From: an uncultured Gammaproteobacteria bacterium
GTDB taxonomy: Bacteria > Patescibacteriota > Microgenomatia > Levybacterales > UBA12049
DNA length: 64,000 nt
NCBI GenBank assembly: GCA_964408485.1
Contig: CAYOZJ010000002.1
Span: forward strand, 69,235-133,234
Direction: 5' to 3'
A program made the translations under genes and the position numbers. The notes below the pieces were generated by a model, which made no database searches, was not told the origin of the DNA, and saw nothing but the letters and a program-made list of their open reading frames with translations. Below, one piece after another: positions 27,439-37,556 of the stretch (position 1 is its first letter; every line of letters starts with the position of its first letter).

Positions 27439-27690
27439 ATGCAATCTGAAGATCTCTGGTTGTTAGTAGGAGAGTTTACTAAAGCAAATTCAAAAGAAAA
27501 GCTTGAGAATCTGCTTAAAGGACTTCTGACACTAAGCGAAATTCAGGAATTAGCAGAGCGGTTTCGCATAGTGCAGCTTCTTAAAAAGGGAGTTGCTCAG
27601 CACGAGATAGCCAAAAAACTTGGAATTGGAGTGGCAACAGTCACAAGAGGTTCTAAGGAAATAAAACAAGGAAATTTTAAATATGTATAA
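27439..27690 (+). CDS. TrpR/YerC-family repressor
   Basis: LLTLSEIQELAERFRIVQLL..QHEIAKKLGIGVATVTRGS HTH. Confidence 0.88.
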   Translation: MQSEDLWLLVGEFTKANSKEKLENLLKGLLTLSEIQELAERFRIVQLLKKGVAQHEIAKKLGIGVATVTRGSKEIKQGNFKYV

Positions 27691-27739
27691 CAAAAATAAC
27701 AAAGCAAATTGGCAGGACAACCTTTCTTTGAGGGGTTAA
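27683..27739 (+). CDS. Putative Trp attenuator leader peptide MYNKNNKANWQDNLSLRG
   Basis: Overlaps the repressor stop codon; single TGG at 27710-27712, just before alternative hairpins. Confidence 0.55.
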   Translation: MYNKNNKANWQDNLSLRG

Positions 27740-27760
27740 GTTCTGTTGTGGAATTTTTAT

Positions 27761-27786
27761 AGCCTCTCGCATAGAGAGGTTTTTTT
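27761..27786 (+). terminator. Attenuator terminator hairpin
   Basis: agcctctc-gcata-gagaggtt followed by a T run; the 5' arm can alternatively pair with gaggggtt (27730-27737). Confidence 0.8.
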
Positions 27787-27800
27787 GTGGAAAGGAATAT

Positions 27801-28016
27801 ATGACAGAACAATTTAGAGAAGTTTTAAGAACAGTTAAGGGAGCAGGGGGATTGATAAGAAATCTTGTAGAAGATGCAGTAGAGGATCTAAGTGGTAGAA
27901 GAGCAAGAGAATACAAAAAACACATTGCTCGAAGACAGCAAGAGGATCCAACATTTGATCCAGGTAAGAGAGATTCGGATTCATATGATACGTCTAAAAG
28001 CTGTGGAAACGTATAG
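27801..28016 (+). CDS. Small hypothetical protein
   Basis: 71-aa ORF with aaggaa RBS-like sequence. Confidence 0.6.
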   Translation: MTEQFREVLRTVKGAGGLIRNLVEDAVEDLSGRRAREYKKHIARRQQEDPTFDPGKRDSDSYDTSKSCGNV

Positions 28017-28026
28017 ATGAAAGGAG

Positions 28027-28497
28027 ATGAGCAATATGAAAGGTGAAGTAAAAAGATTTTTTGAGAAAAGAAAAGACCAAGTGGTACGCCGTGCTTTATT
28101 AGAGCAGAGAGGTGAGGTATTAAAGGCCTCTGGATACCCTGATGTTGCACTTCACCCAATTGAAAGGGAGGGGCAGTATGTGTCCGAACGAAATAGAAGT
28201 CTCGTTCATAGAGTTTCTCTTGCTGAGGAGGATCGACAATACGTCCCATTTGCAGAAAGAAAATCCGAAAATACCACCTCTATGGAAGAATCTCGTGAAA
28301 GAACGTTTCGCGTTGGTGATTCTGTATATGCTCAATCATTTTATGTTGTTAGACCAGGTGGGTATGTGGTGCCTTATTATGAGTCAACGGTTGTTGAAAC
28401 TGAAGGACCTTTTAAAGGGGAGAGATATAAACATTCATTTCGAGGGAAAGATGAGATTGCACTTGCAGAGAGGTTAGAACGTGACGAAAGGAGGTGA
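28027..28497 (+). CDS. Hypothetical protein
   Basis: 156-aa ORF with aggag RBS. Confidence 0.65.
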   Translation: MSNMKGEVKRFFEKRKDQVVRRALLEQRGEVLKASGYPDVALHPIEREGQYVSERNRSLVHRVSLAEEDRQYVPFAERKSENTTSMEESRERTFRVGDSVYAQSFYVVRPGGYVVPYYESTVVETEGPFKGERYKHSFRGKDEIALAERLERDERR

Positions 28498-28504
28498 ATA
28501 AAAT

Positions 28505-28822
28505 ATGAGTGGAAAACACAATAATGGAAGAAAGCATAAAGCTAAAGGACTAGGTCCTACGCTTTCAAGAAGGGAAAGAGTTGATCTATTGCAACTTTTT
28601 GCCCCAGAAGGAACAGTAGCAGTCAATTCGCACGGTGAAGCTACTCTTGTTACTGCGCGACAGAATGGGGAGGCTATTTTGCCAGGAACAGGAGGACTTA
28701 CGGAGCTACAACTTAATGAGAGCTCTCAGCATGGAACTGAAGTAATGAGAAGAAGAGAAGCGGAAGAAAGTATACGTAGACAAATGACAATGGGAGAGTT
28801 TCTTAGAGGAGGAAGAAAGTAA
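28505..28822 (+). CDS. Hypothetical protein
   Basis: 105-aa ORF with ggaggtga RBS. Confidence 0.65.
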   Translation: MSGKHNNGRKHKAKGLGPTLSRRERVDLLQLFAPEGTVAVNSHGEATLVTARQNGEAILPGTGGLTELQLNESSQHGTEVMRRREAEESIRRQMTMGEFLRGGRK

Positions 28823-28844
28823 TTTTTGAAAGGAGGTGATAGGT

Positions 28845-29039
28845 ATGAAAAGACTAGAAATAGGAAGAATCTTGGATAGGGTGATTCCGAGAAGAGTGGA
28901 AAGACGACGCATAGCGCGAGAAGAGGCAGAAAAAGTTAGTATTGCAAGGGAGGTAATCAATAGGCGCAATACAGAGCTTGTCAGCCAAGGGAAAAGACCG
29001 GTTATTCTTGGAGAGTTTGGTGATTACGGATTCTTCTAA
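28845..29039 (+). CDS. Small Arg-rich hypothetical protein
   Basis: aggaggtga RBS before ATG 28845. Confidence 0.6.
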   Translation: MKRLEIGRILDRVIPRRVERRRIAREEAEKVSIAREVINRRNTELVSQGKRPVILGEFGDYGFF

Positions 29040-29081
29040 GGTATCGGCAGGAGTGCACTCCTGCCACAAAGAAAGGAAAAT

Positions 29082-29777
29082 ATGAAAAATAAACAAATGA
29101 TAGGTATTTTAGGAGGTATGGGACCAAGTGCATCAGGCTATTTATATAATCTAATGAATAGTTTGGCTGTTAAAGAATATGGTGTAAAAAGAAATGATGA
29201 ATTTCCAGAGACCATTCTGTATTCTGTTCCTGTTCCTGATTTTATCTCTTCAAATAGAAATAAGGAAAAAGCATTACAGATGCTTGAAGGGCGGGTAAAA
29301 AGCCTTAATACATTTCCTGTAAAAGTGATCGGTATTGCTTGTAATACAGCACATATTCTATTACCTAATTTGGCTAAGCAGTCAAAATCACGATTCGTTT
29401 CTATGATTGATGAGGTTGTTGATAGAGTTTCACAGGAGGGTTTTAAAAATGTTGGTATTCTTGCTACTTCATCAACAATAAAGGCAAAACTCTATCAGAA
29501 GGGTTTAAAAATTAAAAACATACATACTATTATTCCTTCTTTGAAAGATCAGAAAGATCTTGATGAGATTATTAAAAGCATGGTGGGGGAAAGAGTTAGT
29601 ATGAAGCAGAGAAAAACAGTACTTTCAATCGTAGATAAATTCAAAAGCAAAGGTGCAGAAGCAATTATTTTGGGATGTACTGAGTTACCATTAATTTTTC
29701 CAAAACAATATTCTTTGCCTGTTTTTAATTCAGTAGAAATCTTAGCACGGGCACTTTTGAGAGAAACAATGATATAA
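29082..29777 (+). CDS. Aspartate/amino-acid racemase
   Basis: IGILGGMGP, IACNTAH, ILGCTELPL. Confidence 0.92.
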   Translation: MKNKQMIGILGGMGPSASGYLYNLMNSLAVKEYGVKRNDEFPETILYSVPVPDFISSNRNKEKALQMLEGRVKSLNTFPVKVIGIACNTAHILLPNLAKQSKSRFVSMIDEVVDRVSQEGFKNVGILATSSTIKAKLYQKGLKIKNIHTIIPSLKDQKDLDEIIKSMVGERVSMKQRKTVLSIVDKFKSKGAEAIILGCTELPLIFPKQYSLPVFNSVEILARALLRETMI

Positions 29778-29778
29778 T

Positions 29779-30117
29779 ATGAACAATATGGATAAAATAA
29801 CATTTGATGATTTCGCAAAATTAGAAATTCGCATTGGGACAATTCTCTCAGCAGAAAAAGTTCCAGATGGAGACAAGTTACTTAAATTACAAGTAGACTT
29901 TGGTGATGAAAAACGTCAAATCATGGCTGCAATTGCACTTTTTTATCCAGATCCAGAAGTTTTGATTGGTAAGCAAACACCTGTTGTTACTAATTTGGAG
30001 CCAAGAAAATTTAAAGGACATGAAAGCCAGGGTATGATAATTGCAACTGATAACGAAGAAGGAATAGTATTATTAACGCCGGAGAAAAAAGTTCCATCTG
30101 GAGCACGCGTACATTAA
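29779..30117 (+). CDS. OB-fold tRNA-binding protein (Trbp111/CsaA/MetRS C-terminal-like)
   Basis: ITFDDFAKLEIRIG, DKLLKLQVD, NLEPRK..G.ESQGM. Confidence 0.88.
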   Translation: MNNMDKITFDDFAKLEIRIGTILSAEKVPDGDKLLKLQVDFGDEKRQIMAAIALFYPDPEVLIGKQTPVVTNLEPRKFKGHESQGMIIATDNEEGIVLLTPEKKVPSGARVH

Positions 30118-30119
30118 CT

Positions 30120-30842
30120 ATGAAAACGAAATTACTCTATTTAGAAGATTCTTATCTAAAGGAAATGGATGCAATAATTCTAGAAGTGTATCCAGATGCA
30201 AATGGTGCATATAAGGTAATTCTTGACCAGACTGTTTTTTATCCTGTTGGTGGAGGGCAATCGACGGATCAAGGAACACTAACGAGCGATTCATGGATTG
30301 GTAAGGTTATTGAAGTAGTCATAAAAGAAGGAGAAGTATGCCACTTTGTGAAGACCCAAGTTGCACCAGTTGTTGGGATGAAAGTGCATGGCGTTATTGA
30401 TTGGGATAGACGATATAAGAATATGCGATATCATTCAGCAGGGCACATTGTTGACTTTGCATTATTTGTGCTTGGATACTCGCCAAATACGCTCAAGCCT
30501 CTTAAAGCCGATCACGGAAAAAAGCCTTGGATTATGTATGGAGGAGAGGTTAAAGAGGACATTCGAGAGCAATTAGAGGAGAAAGCGAATGAATTAGTTG
30601 AGAAAGATTTGAAATTCACATGGCTTTTCCAACCCCTAGAAGACTTACAAAAAGAGGCAATCTATTTGCAGCCTGGTCTTCCAACAAATAAGCCACTGCG
30701 AACTTTGCGGCTTGAAACAGTAGGAGCAGTAGCAGATGGGGGAACACAGGTACATTCAACGAAAGAAGTAGGAAAAATTACCATTCCCGAAATAACGTTT
30801 GATGGACAAGATACAGTAGTACACTACACAGTAGAAGGATAA
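30120..30842 (+). CDS. AlaX-type trans-editing protein
   Basis: LDQTVFYPVGGGQ..D.G, IDWDRRY.NMRYHSAGH; DGGTQV in place of CGGTHV. Confidence 0.85.
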   Translation: MKTKLLYLEDSYLKEMDAIILEVYPDANGAYKVILDQTVFYPVGGGQSTDQGTLTSDSWIGKVIEVVIKEGEVCHFVKTQVAPVVGMKVHGVIDWDRRYKNMRYHSAGHIVDFALFVLGYSPNTLKPLKADHGKKPWIMYGGEVKEDIREQLEEKANELVEKDLKFTWLFQPLEDLQKEAIYLQPGLPTNKPLRTLRLETVGAVADGGTQVHSTKEVGKITIPEITFDGQDTVVHYTVEG

Positions 30843-30845
30843 AAT

Positions 30846-31841
30846 ATGGATAAAAAGAAAAAAGTATATAGCGGCATGCGGGCAACAGGGACAGGAAGAC
30901 TTCATCTTGGTAATTATTTAGGTGGAGCAAAAGGAATGCTTGCCTTGCAAGATGAGTATGACTGCACATTTTCTGTTGTAGATGCCCATGCAGTAACCAC
31001 TCCGTACGATCCAAAAATGCTTCGTGAGCAGGTACGAAATGTTATCTTGGATTATTTGGCAGTGGGACTTGATCCTGAGAAGTGTCGGATAGAAATTCAA
31101 TCTCAAATTCCCCAACACACAGAGCTGGGGTATTATCTTTCCAGCGTCTATCCATTAGCGCCATTAGAAGATTTACCAACATTTAAAGAGAAAAAAGCGC
31201 AATATCCTAAAAATGTAACCGCAGCTTTACTTAACTATCCTATCCTTATGGCAGCAGATATTCTTTTGTATAAAAGCGAATTAGTACCTGTTGGTATTGA
31301 TCAGGAGCCCCATTTGGAAGTTGCCAGAGAGATTGCTAGAAAATTTAACGCCGCGTATGGACAGACTTTCCCAGAGCCTGTGAGATTTAAAACAAAAGGA
31401 GAATATGTGCCATCACTTTTGGGACATGGGAAAATGAGTAAAACAGTCGAGGGAAGCTCAATTTACTTGGCAGATGATTTGGAAACAATTAAGAAAAAAT
31501 TAGCAAAAGTTACGACAGATTCTGGTACAAAAGGGGGACCAATTCCAAAAGAGGGAAGCGTTACGAATCTTTTTGCACTTTTTGCCCTTTTTAATAAAGA
31601 TGATATGCATAAAAAGTTTAAGAATGACTACGAAAAAGGCGTTATTCGCTACGGCGATATGAAGAATTTCTTGGCAGAGGCAATATATGAAGAGTTAAAA
31701 CCGATCCAAGAAAAGAGGAAATATTTCGAAGAAAATCCAGCGCTTGTTGATGAGATTTTGGCAGAAAGTCACGAAAAATGTCTTGCAATTGCCCGGGAAA
31801 CAATGCTTGAGGTGAAAGAAAAAATGGGACTACCTCTCTAG
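30846..31841 (+). CDS. trpS: Tryptophan--tRNA ligase
   Basis: HLGNYLG, YPILMAADIL, VPVGIDQEPH, KMSKT. Confidence 0.96.
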   Translation: MDKKKKVYSGMRATGTGRLHLGNYLGGAKGMLALQDEYDCTFSVVDAHAVTTPYDPKMLREQVRNVILDYLAVGLDPEKCRIEIQSQIPQHTELGYYLSSVYPLAPLEDLPTFKEKKAQYPKNVTAALLNYPILMAADILLYKSELVPVGIDQEPHLEVAREIARKFNAAYGQTFPEPVRFKTKGEYVPSLLGHGKMSKTVEGSSIYLADDLETIKKKLAKVTTDSGTKGGPIPKEGSVTNLFALFALFNKDDMHKKFKNDYEKGVIRYGDMKNFLAEAIYEELKPIQEKRKYFEENPALVDEILAESHEKCLAIARETMLEVKEKMGLPL

Positions 31842-31844
31842 ACG

Positions 31845-31908
31845 AGTATTAAGGGGTTAGTATTAAGTATAAAGCAAAATTTCCTTAATACTTTATACTA
31901 AATTCTTT
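31845..31908. repeat. Intergenic inverted heptamer arrays
   Basis: agtatta..agtatta agtataa facing taatact ttatact aaattct. Confidence 0.65.
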
Positions 31909-32686
31909 ATACTTCTATTGTTGCAATTAGCCCGTAATGGTCTGATAAATGCTCATTGTCCAGTGCCTTAAAATCTCTAACTTTTATATCAGGACTTGCG
32001 AATATGTAGTCCACAGGAAAGCCAGGATTAATATCATGCCAATTGCGATGATTCAGAGGATCAATGGTATTTTTTATTCCAAATTCTTTAGTAAGATCTT
32101 TGGCATATTTCTCTAAATCCAGAATAGTTGGTTGGTCATCCTGAATATTAAAGTCTCCAGAGAGGATAAATGGTGATTCAAGCTTACTCACGTAATCAAT
32201 AAACTTTACGTTTTGTTCTCGTTGATGGGGTTGTTCGAGGGAAGTCTTGGCCCAAGCTAAATGTGCATTAACAACATCTAATCTTTTTCCATCAATCGAG
32301 AAAGTAAGGTGATATGCATTTCTAGCAAAATCCTCAAACGTTGTTCGGCCAACGGGGAAGGGCGTGTCTCTTTTATAGAGCCAAAGTGTATCCTCATGCA
32401 GAAGAGTAAATGATTTTTTGTAGAAAATTGCATTAGATTGACTAATAAAAATTGATTCCGGAACAAACGTACTGTGGATTGATTCTTTCCCAACATATTC
32501 ATCTCCCAAGACTTCCTGTAGCGCACTAAAGCAATCAGTAATAGGATGCATATCAGACTTTTCTGGTTTTAGTTTGCCGACTTCTTGAAAGCAGAGAATA
32601 TCAAAGGTATTTTTCTCTAAGTACGATTTGATAGCAGGAAAGTGCATACCGGTAAGCATATTTAATTGGAGGATTTTTAATTTCAT
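31907..32686 (-). CDS. Endonuclease/exonuclease/phosphatase (EEP) family protein
   Basis: ILQLN, CFQEV, NAHL, SGDFN, VDYIF, SDH. Confidence 0.9.
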   Translation of the reverse strand: MKLKILQLNMLTGMHFPAIKSYLEKNTFDILCFQEVGKLKPEKSDMHPITDCFSALQEVLGDEYVGKESIHSTFVPESIFISQSNAIFYKKSFTLLHEDTLWLYKRDTPFPVGRTTFEDFARNAYHLTFSIDGKRLDVVNAHLAWAKTSLEQPHQREQNVKFIDYVSKLESPFILSGDFNIQDDQPTILDLEKYAKDLTKEFGIKNTIDPLNHRNWHDINPGFPVDYIFASPDIKVRDFKALDNEHLSDHYGLIATIEV

Positions 32687-32752
32687 AGGGATTTAGTGTA
32701 TCAAAAATAGCAGAGAAAAGGGACTGGAGAGCATGTGGTAGAATGAAACACG

Positions 32753-33658
32753 ATGCGAAAATTACAGCCTGAAAGAGTAAGAGAATTCCGCAGAAAAATA
32801 CTTTCCTGGTATAAAAAGAATAAGCGTGATTTACCTTGGCGCCATCCTTCGCTAAAGCTTCGGAATGGTAAAGGACGTGATCCTTATGCAATTCTTGTTT
32901 CAGAAGTAATGCTTCAACAAACACAAGTGAGTCGAGTCATTGAAAAATATAATGAGTGGATAAAAGCATTTCCAACAATTAGGAAATTGGCAAAAGCATC
33001 TTTTAGAGATATCTTGTCTCGTTGGTCAGGGCTTGGATACAACAGGCGTGCTTTATATCTGCAGCAGCTTGCCCAGGATATTGTGAAAAATCACCATGGA
33101 AAGTTTCCGCAGAATGAAAAAGAGCTACAAAAGCTTCCTGGCATTGGGGAATATACAGCTAGAGCAATTCTTTGTTTTGCATTTAATGAGCAAGTTGCTG
33201 TAGTGGATACAAATATCAGAAAAGTCATACTTACAAATTTTTTCTCTGAGCGAGCGAGGCGAGTCGAAGAGCCTTCGACAGGCTCAGGCAAAAAAGGTTC
33301 TGGGCAAGCCAGAATGACAGATAAAGAAATCCAAGAAATTGCAAATCAGCTTCTTCCAAAAGGAAAGGCCTATGAGTGGAATCAGGCGCTTATGGACTAT
33401 GCATCGAGTGAGTTAAAGCAGGAAAAAATACCAATTCCTAAGCAGTCAAAATTTAAAGATTCAGATAGGTATTATCGTGGAGAGATTTTGCGTATGCTTC
33501 TTACTAATCCTGCCTATTCATTTGAAGAGGTACAAAAACATTTTGTAGAAATCAAAAAAGAAATTTCTTCGCAGCGCCTTGAGAGAATAGTTCAAACATT
33601 ATATAAGGATAGATTTATTGAATATACAAAATCCGTTATAGTTCTGAGAAAGAATTAA
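32753..33658 (+). CDS. mutY: A/G-specific adenine glycosylase (HhH-GPD) without Fe-S cysteines, carrying palindromic inserts
   Basis: RDLPWR, VSEVMLQQTQV, WSGLGYNRRA, LPGIGEYTA, VDTNIR, NQALMD. Confidence 0.9.
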   Translation: MRKLQPERVREFRRKILSWYKKNKRDLPWRHPSLKLRNGKGRDPYAILVSEVMLQQTQVSRVIEKYNEWIKAFPTIRKLAKASFRDILSRWSGLGYNRRALYLQQLAQDIVKNHHGKFPQNEKELQKLPGIGEYTARAILCFAFNEQVAVVDTNIRKVILTNFFSERARRVEEPSTGSGKKGSGQARMTDKEIQEIANQLLPKGKAYEWNQALMDYASSELKQEKIPIPKQSKFKDSDRYYRGEILRMLLTNPAYSFEEVQKHFVEIKKEISSQRLERIVQTLYKDRFIEYTKSVIVLRKN

Positions 33659-33931
33659 ATAAAAGGAAGTAGTCGCCATCTTCTTTTTCTTTCGGGCTGA
33701 GGTTGGAAAAGAGGCTGGGAAGCTTCTTGTTGTTGTCGATGGGCAAGTGCAGCATCTTCGAGATCGACAAAAACTCTCGTGACATCAACAATATTACCAA
33801 GCCTATCTCTTTCGAAAACTAAGTGGGTGGGGCGATACTCCAGTGACACAGATATAGGTATACGTTTTGAGTAGTAAAAAATCAAATAAAAAATCTGCAG
33901 ATTTATGTAAGGAATTTGTCAGGGATAAGAG

Positions 33932-34114
33932 TTAACGGGTTCGTTCGTTTTCAGGATGTAGTTTATGAATGTCTCGTTCCATGTTTATGTCTCTTGTAGT
34001 CCATAGCCTTAAGCCTCGTGGAATTCTTGTTGCTCCAAAAGGGACTGCATGATATCTTGATGCTTCATCTCTGTCTGAAAGATCTCTCAAAAAATAACTA
34101 TCAATTTGTGTCAT
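33932..34114 (-). CDS. Small hypothetical protein
   Basis: 60-aa ORF with promoter-like sequence upstream. Confidence 0.45.
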   Translation of the reverse strand: MTQIDSYFLRDLSDRDEASRYHAVPFGATRIPRGLRLWTTRDINMERDIHKLHPENERTR

Positions 34115-34227
34115 AGTCCTATAATATCTAGATCGTAGTACAATGTTAGTTCATTGTCAACTATTTGTCAGATTTTTAGCATTATTAATGCACTATTTTG
34201 TATTCTATGGTATACTCAAAATCACGC

Positions 34228-36099
34228 ATGCCTCAGCCAAAGAAAACTCAGCGAAAAATAGTAAAATTCAAAGTTAATTTTTCCTGGAAAAACCTCTTTT
34301 TGTATGGATTCCTTCTCCTTATGCTCCTTCTTCTTTTTGCTGGATTTACCAGTGAAAATCCAACACAAAAAAGTGTCGCACTTTCTCAAATTGTTAATGA
34401 CGTAAAGAGTGGGAAGGTAAAAGAGTTAACAGTCTCGGATACAAAAATTGTTGCAACCGAACAAAATGGAAGTGTACAAAGTACAAAAGAAGCAGGGAGC
34501 AGCGTCTATACACTTTTTAAAGACGCAGGAGGAAGTCTGGACAAGACAAAAGTAACCATTAAAGATGATAGCAGTCTGACTAACTGGGTCAATATTTTAT
34601 CTGGTGTTTTGCCAATTGTCCTTATGATTGCATTCTTTTACTTCCTCTTTAGACAAGCGAGAGGTGCGCAGGAAAATATATTTTCCTTTGGACAGAGTAG
34701 AGCAAAGCAATTTAGTAAAGATACGCCTAAAACAACCTTTGCTGATGTTGCAGGAGTAGATGATGCAAAACAAGAATTATCTGAAATCGTTGATTTCCTC
34801 AAAAATCCTGGTAAATATAAAGCAATGGGAGCGCGTACTCCAAAAGGAGTACTCATGATTGGTCCAAGTGGCACTGGTAAGACGCTTTTAGCCCGCGCAA
34901 CAGCAGGAGAAGCAGGCGTTGCATTCTTCTCTATGGCAGGATCTGAATTTATGGAAATGCTTGTTGGTGTTGGGGCTTCAAGAGTGAGAGATCTGTTTAA
35001 CACAGCTAAAAAAGCACAACCTGCAATTATCTTTATTGATGAAGTTGATGCAATTGGGAGACAACGGGGAAGTGGACTTATGGGCGGACATGATGAGCGT
35101 GAGCAGACGCTTAATCAAATTTTGGTTGAGATGGATGGATTTACTCAAAATGAGCAAATCGTTGTTATGGCAGCAACCAATAGACCAGATGTCTTGGATC
35201 CTGCATTAGTACGTCCTGGAAGATTTGACAGACGCGTAAGTCTGGATATGCCCGATTTGGAAGGCAGAAAAGCAATTCTTCTTATTCATTCTAAAGGCAA
35301 ACCAATGGAGAAAAATGTTGACTGGGAGAAAGTTGCCAAGAGGACTGTTGGATTTAGTGGTGCAGATTTGGAAAACATGCTTAATGAAGCAGCGATTGGC
35401 GCAGCAAGAAGTGGAAAGACAGCAATAGATATGGCAGAGCTGGAAGAGTCTGCAACAAAAGTAAAATTAGGACCTGAGAAAAAAAGGTTACAGTCAGAGG
35501 AAGATAAGAAAATGACTGCATATCACGAAGGAGGTCACGCATTGGTGAGTTGGTTTATGCCTCATTTAGAGCCAATTCATAGAATTTCTATTGTGAGTCG
35601 TGGTATGAGTCTGGGACACACGATGGCAGAGTCAGATGATCATTTGCACGAAACCAAGACATATCTCCTTGAACAAATCGCTATGATGCTTGGTGGGAGA
35701 GCAGCAGAGCAGGTGGTATTTGGAGAAATAACAACTGGAGCCTCTAACGATATAGAAAAAGCAACGTCAGTTGCAAGACAGATGGTCTTAGAGCTTGGAA
35801 TGAGCGATTTAGGACCGGTTAATTTGGCGCCTGACAAGAGATTTATCTATGAGGGATATGAAGTATCTCCTGAAATGAAATCTCATGTAGATAGTGAAGT
35901 AAAAAAGATTTTAGATGAAGGGTATAGAATTGCAATGAAAGTCCTTAAAGACTTACGCAAAGACTTAGATAAATTGGCAGAAGCATTACTGAAGAAGGAG
36001 ACAATGGAATCAGAAGAATTTGTCTTGCTTCTTGGAGCAAAGCCAAAGGGTGTTAGTCCATTTCTTCCTAGAATTGCTGCAGCTAAGGTAAGAAGTTAA
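34228..36099 (+). CDS. ftsH: ATP-dependent zinc metalloprotease FtsH
   Basis: Two TM helices, [28 protein letters not shown]. Confidence 0.97.
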   Translation: MPQPKKTQRKIVKFKVNFSWKNLFLYGFLLLMLLLLFAGFTSENPTQKSVALSQIVNDVKSGKVKELTVSDTKIVATEQNGSVQSTKEAGSSVYTLFKDAGGSLDKTKVTIKDDSSLTNWVNILSGVLPIVLMIAFFYFLFRQARGAQENIFSFGQSRAKQFSKDTPKTTFADVAGVDDAKQELSEIVDFLKNPGKYKAMGARTPKGVLMIGPSGTGKTLLARATAGEAGVAFFSMAGSEFMEMLVGVGASRVRDLFNTAKKAQPAIIFIDEVDAIGRQRGSGLMGGHDEREQTLNQILVEMDGFTQNEQIVVMAATNRPDVLDPALVRPGRFDRRVSLDMPDLEGRKAILLIHSKGKPMEKNVDWEKVAKRTVGFSGADLENMLNEAAIGAARSGKTAIDMAELEESATKVKLGPEKKRLQSEEDKKMTAYHEGGHALVSWFMPHLEPIHRISIVSRGMSLGHTMAESDDHLHETKTYLLEQIAMMLGGRAAEQVVFGEITTGASNDIEKATSVARQMVLELGMSDLGPVNLAPDKRFIYEGYEVSPEMKSHVDSEVKKILDEGYRIAMKVLKDLRKDLDKLAEALLKKETMESEEFVLLLGAKPKGVSPFLPRIAAAKVRS

Positions 36100-36266
36100 G
36101 CAGCTTTTCTCGCAGGTGATTGTGATCGTGTTCTTCCTCTTGCAGCTCTTACTCCTCTAAAAAGAAGTTCAACAGGTTTTTGTAGAATCCTTCTAGGAAT
36201 TTCCGGTTGAGCAAGAAGAGGTCCAACCACTTGTATTGCTTGCTCCGCTAGTTGTTCGAGTATCAT
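36096..36266 (-). CDS. Small 56-aa hypothetical protein (below the ORF-track cutoff)
   Basis: MILEQLAEQAIQVVGPLLAQPEIPRR...RKAA; TATAAT 6 nt before ATG; stop overlaps the ftsH stop. Confidence 0.5.
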   Translation of the reverse strand: MILEQLAEQAIQVVGPLLAQPEIPRRILQKPVELLFRGVRAARGRTRSQSPARKAA

Positions 36267-36318
36267 ATAGTAATTATATCATGGAGGTAGAATATTGTCA
36301 TGGTATACTACAAAGTAC

Positions 36319-37320
36319 ATGAAAAAGTTACTTCTGATTGATGGAAATGCCATTTTACACCGTGCATTTCATGCCTATCCACCAGTATTTTCTGACAAAG
36401 AGGGTAATCCTACAAATGCTATTTATGGCTTTTATGCAATGCTTTTAAAAGTTATGGAGGAGGTAAAACCAGATTTACTCACCATTTGCTTTGATCAAGG
36501 TGCGCCGACTTTTCGCATGAATATGTATGCTGGGTATCATGCCAATAGGCCAAAAATGCAGGACACATTGGGAGTACAGGTCGAGCCCTTGCGTGAGTCT
36601 TTGCGTAAAATAGGAATTCCCGTTGAAGCAATCGATGGATATGAAGCAGATGATTTAATTGGGACATTATCTCATCAAGCGTCAAGCGTAAGGCGTAAAG
36701 GGGAAAGTTTGGAAACAATAATCCTAACAGGTGACAGGGATCTTTTGCAGTTAATTAACGAGCATACCAAAGTTCTTATGCCAATAACAGGAATTACGAA
36801 GTCTGTCTTAATGGATGAAGGAGCAGTTGAGGCAAAATACGGCATAAAGGCAAGTCAGGTAATTGATTACAAAGCCTTAGTTGGCGACCCGTCTGATAAC
36901 TATCCAGGTGTTGGGGGAATAGGTCCTAAAACAGCGGCAACACTTCTTAAAGAGTGGGAAACATTGGAGAATTTGTATACCCATTTGGGAGATATAAAAC
37001 CTGAGTTGAGTCAAAAATTAGCTCAAGATGCAGAGCAGGCAATGCTATGCAAGAAGTTGGCAACCATTCAGCTAGACGTACCTGTTCATTTAGATATAAA
37101 GAAAGCAGATGTAGACAATTTTTCTCTGGAAAAGTTTTTGGATATTTTCGAGCACTTCAATATTCACTCATTGGTTAAGAGGCTTAGTCTAGCGCTAGGA
37201 AGTGAAGCACCTATAACACGAAGCGAGACGAAGCAATCTAGTTTAAAGAAAGATTCTGGACAAGCCAGAATGACGAAAGAAGAAAAGAAGAAAGAGGATA
37301 GTCAACTAGAGCTACTTTAG
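36319..37320 (+). CDS. Stand-alone 5'-3' exonuclease/flap endonuclease (PolI N-terminal domain)
   Basis: LLLIDGN, YEADD, TGDRD, LVGDPSDNYPGVGGIGPKTA. Confidence 0.92.
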   Translation: MKKLLLIDGNAILHRAFHAYPPVFSDKEGNPTNAIYGFYAMLLKVMEEVKPDLLTICFDQGAPTFRMNMYAGYHANRPKMQDTLGVQVEPLRESLRKIGIPVEAIDGYEADDLIGTLSHQASSVRRKGESLETIILTGDRDLLQLINEHTKVLMPITGITKSVLMDEGAVEAKYGIKASQVIDYKALVGDPSDNYPGVGGIGPKTAATLLKEWETLENLYTHLGDIKPELSQKLAQDAEQAMLCKKLATIQLDVPVHLDIKKADVDNFSLEKFLDIFEHFNIHSLVKRLSLALGSEAPITRSETKQSSLKKDSGQARMTKEEKKKEDSQLELL

Positions 37321-37502
37321 TGTGGTCTGTGTGAGATTTTTCTTGCATGTAATTCTCTAAAAATTGCTTCCATGCCTCCTCGTTCTCTCGTAGCGACTGT
37401 TTCTATTGGTGACCTTGTTTCACCAGCTAACATTTTTTGAGCAGTCCTTCTTTTTGCTCGGGTAATCTTTGCTTCTTGGGTTTTACTTCGCAATTCGGTC
37501 AT
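37317..37502 (-). CDS. Small basic hypothetical protein
   Basis: TTGACA-N16-CATACT, 7 nt before ATG. Confidence 0.5.
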   Translation of the reverse strand: MTELRSKTQEAKITRAKRRTAQKMLAGETRSPIETVATRERGGMEAIFRELHARKISHRPH

Positions 37503-37556
37503 CTGTCTGAGTATGAAGCAATAGAATGTCCTGTCAATGTGTCAATAAAAAGATAG

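Noticed and set aside
29046-29065. Perfect palindrome ggcaggagtgcactcctgcc as a terminator
   Set aside because: No T tract on the coding strand; may be a stabilising hairpin only.
32753-33658. MutY lacking Fe-S cysteines as a pseudogene
   Set aside because: The frame and catalytic motifs are intact, and cluster-less MutY variants are known.
33655-33885. 76-aa minus-strand ORF
   Set aside because: Non-ATG start, no clear promoter or motif; cannot be supported, although it may be real.
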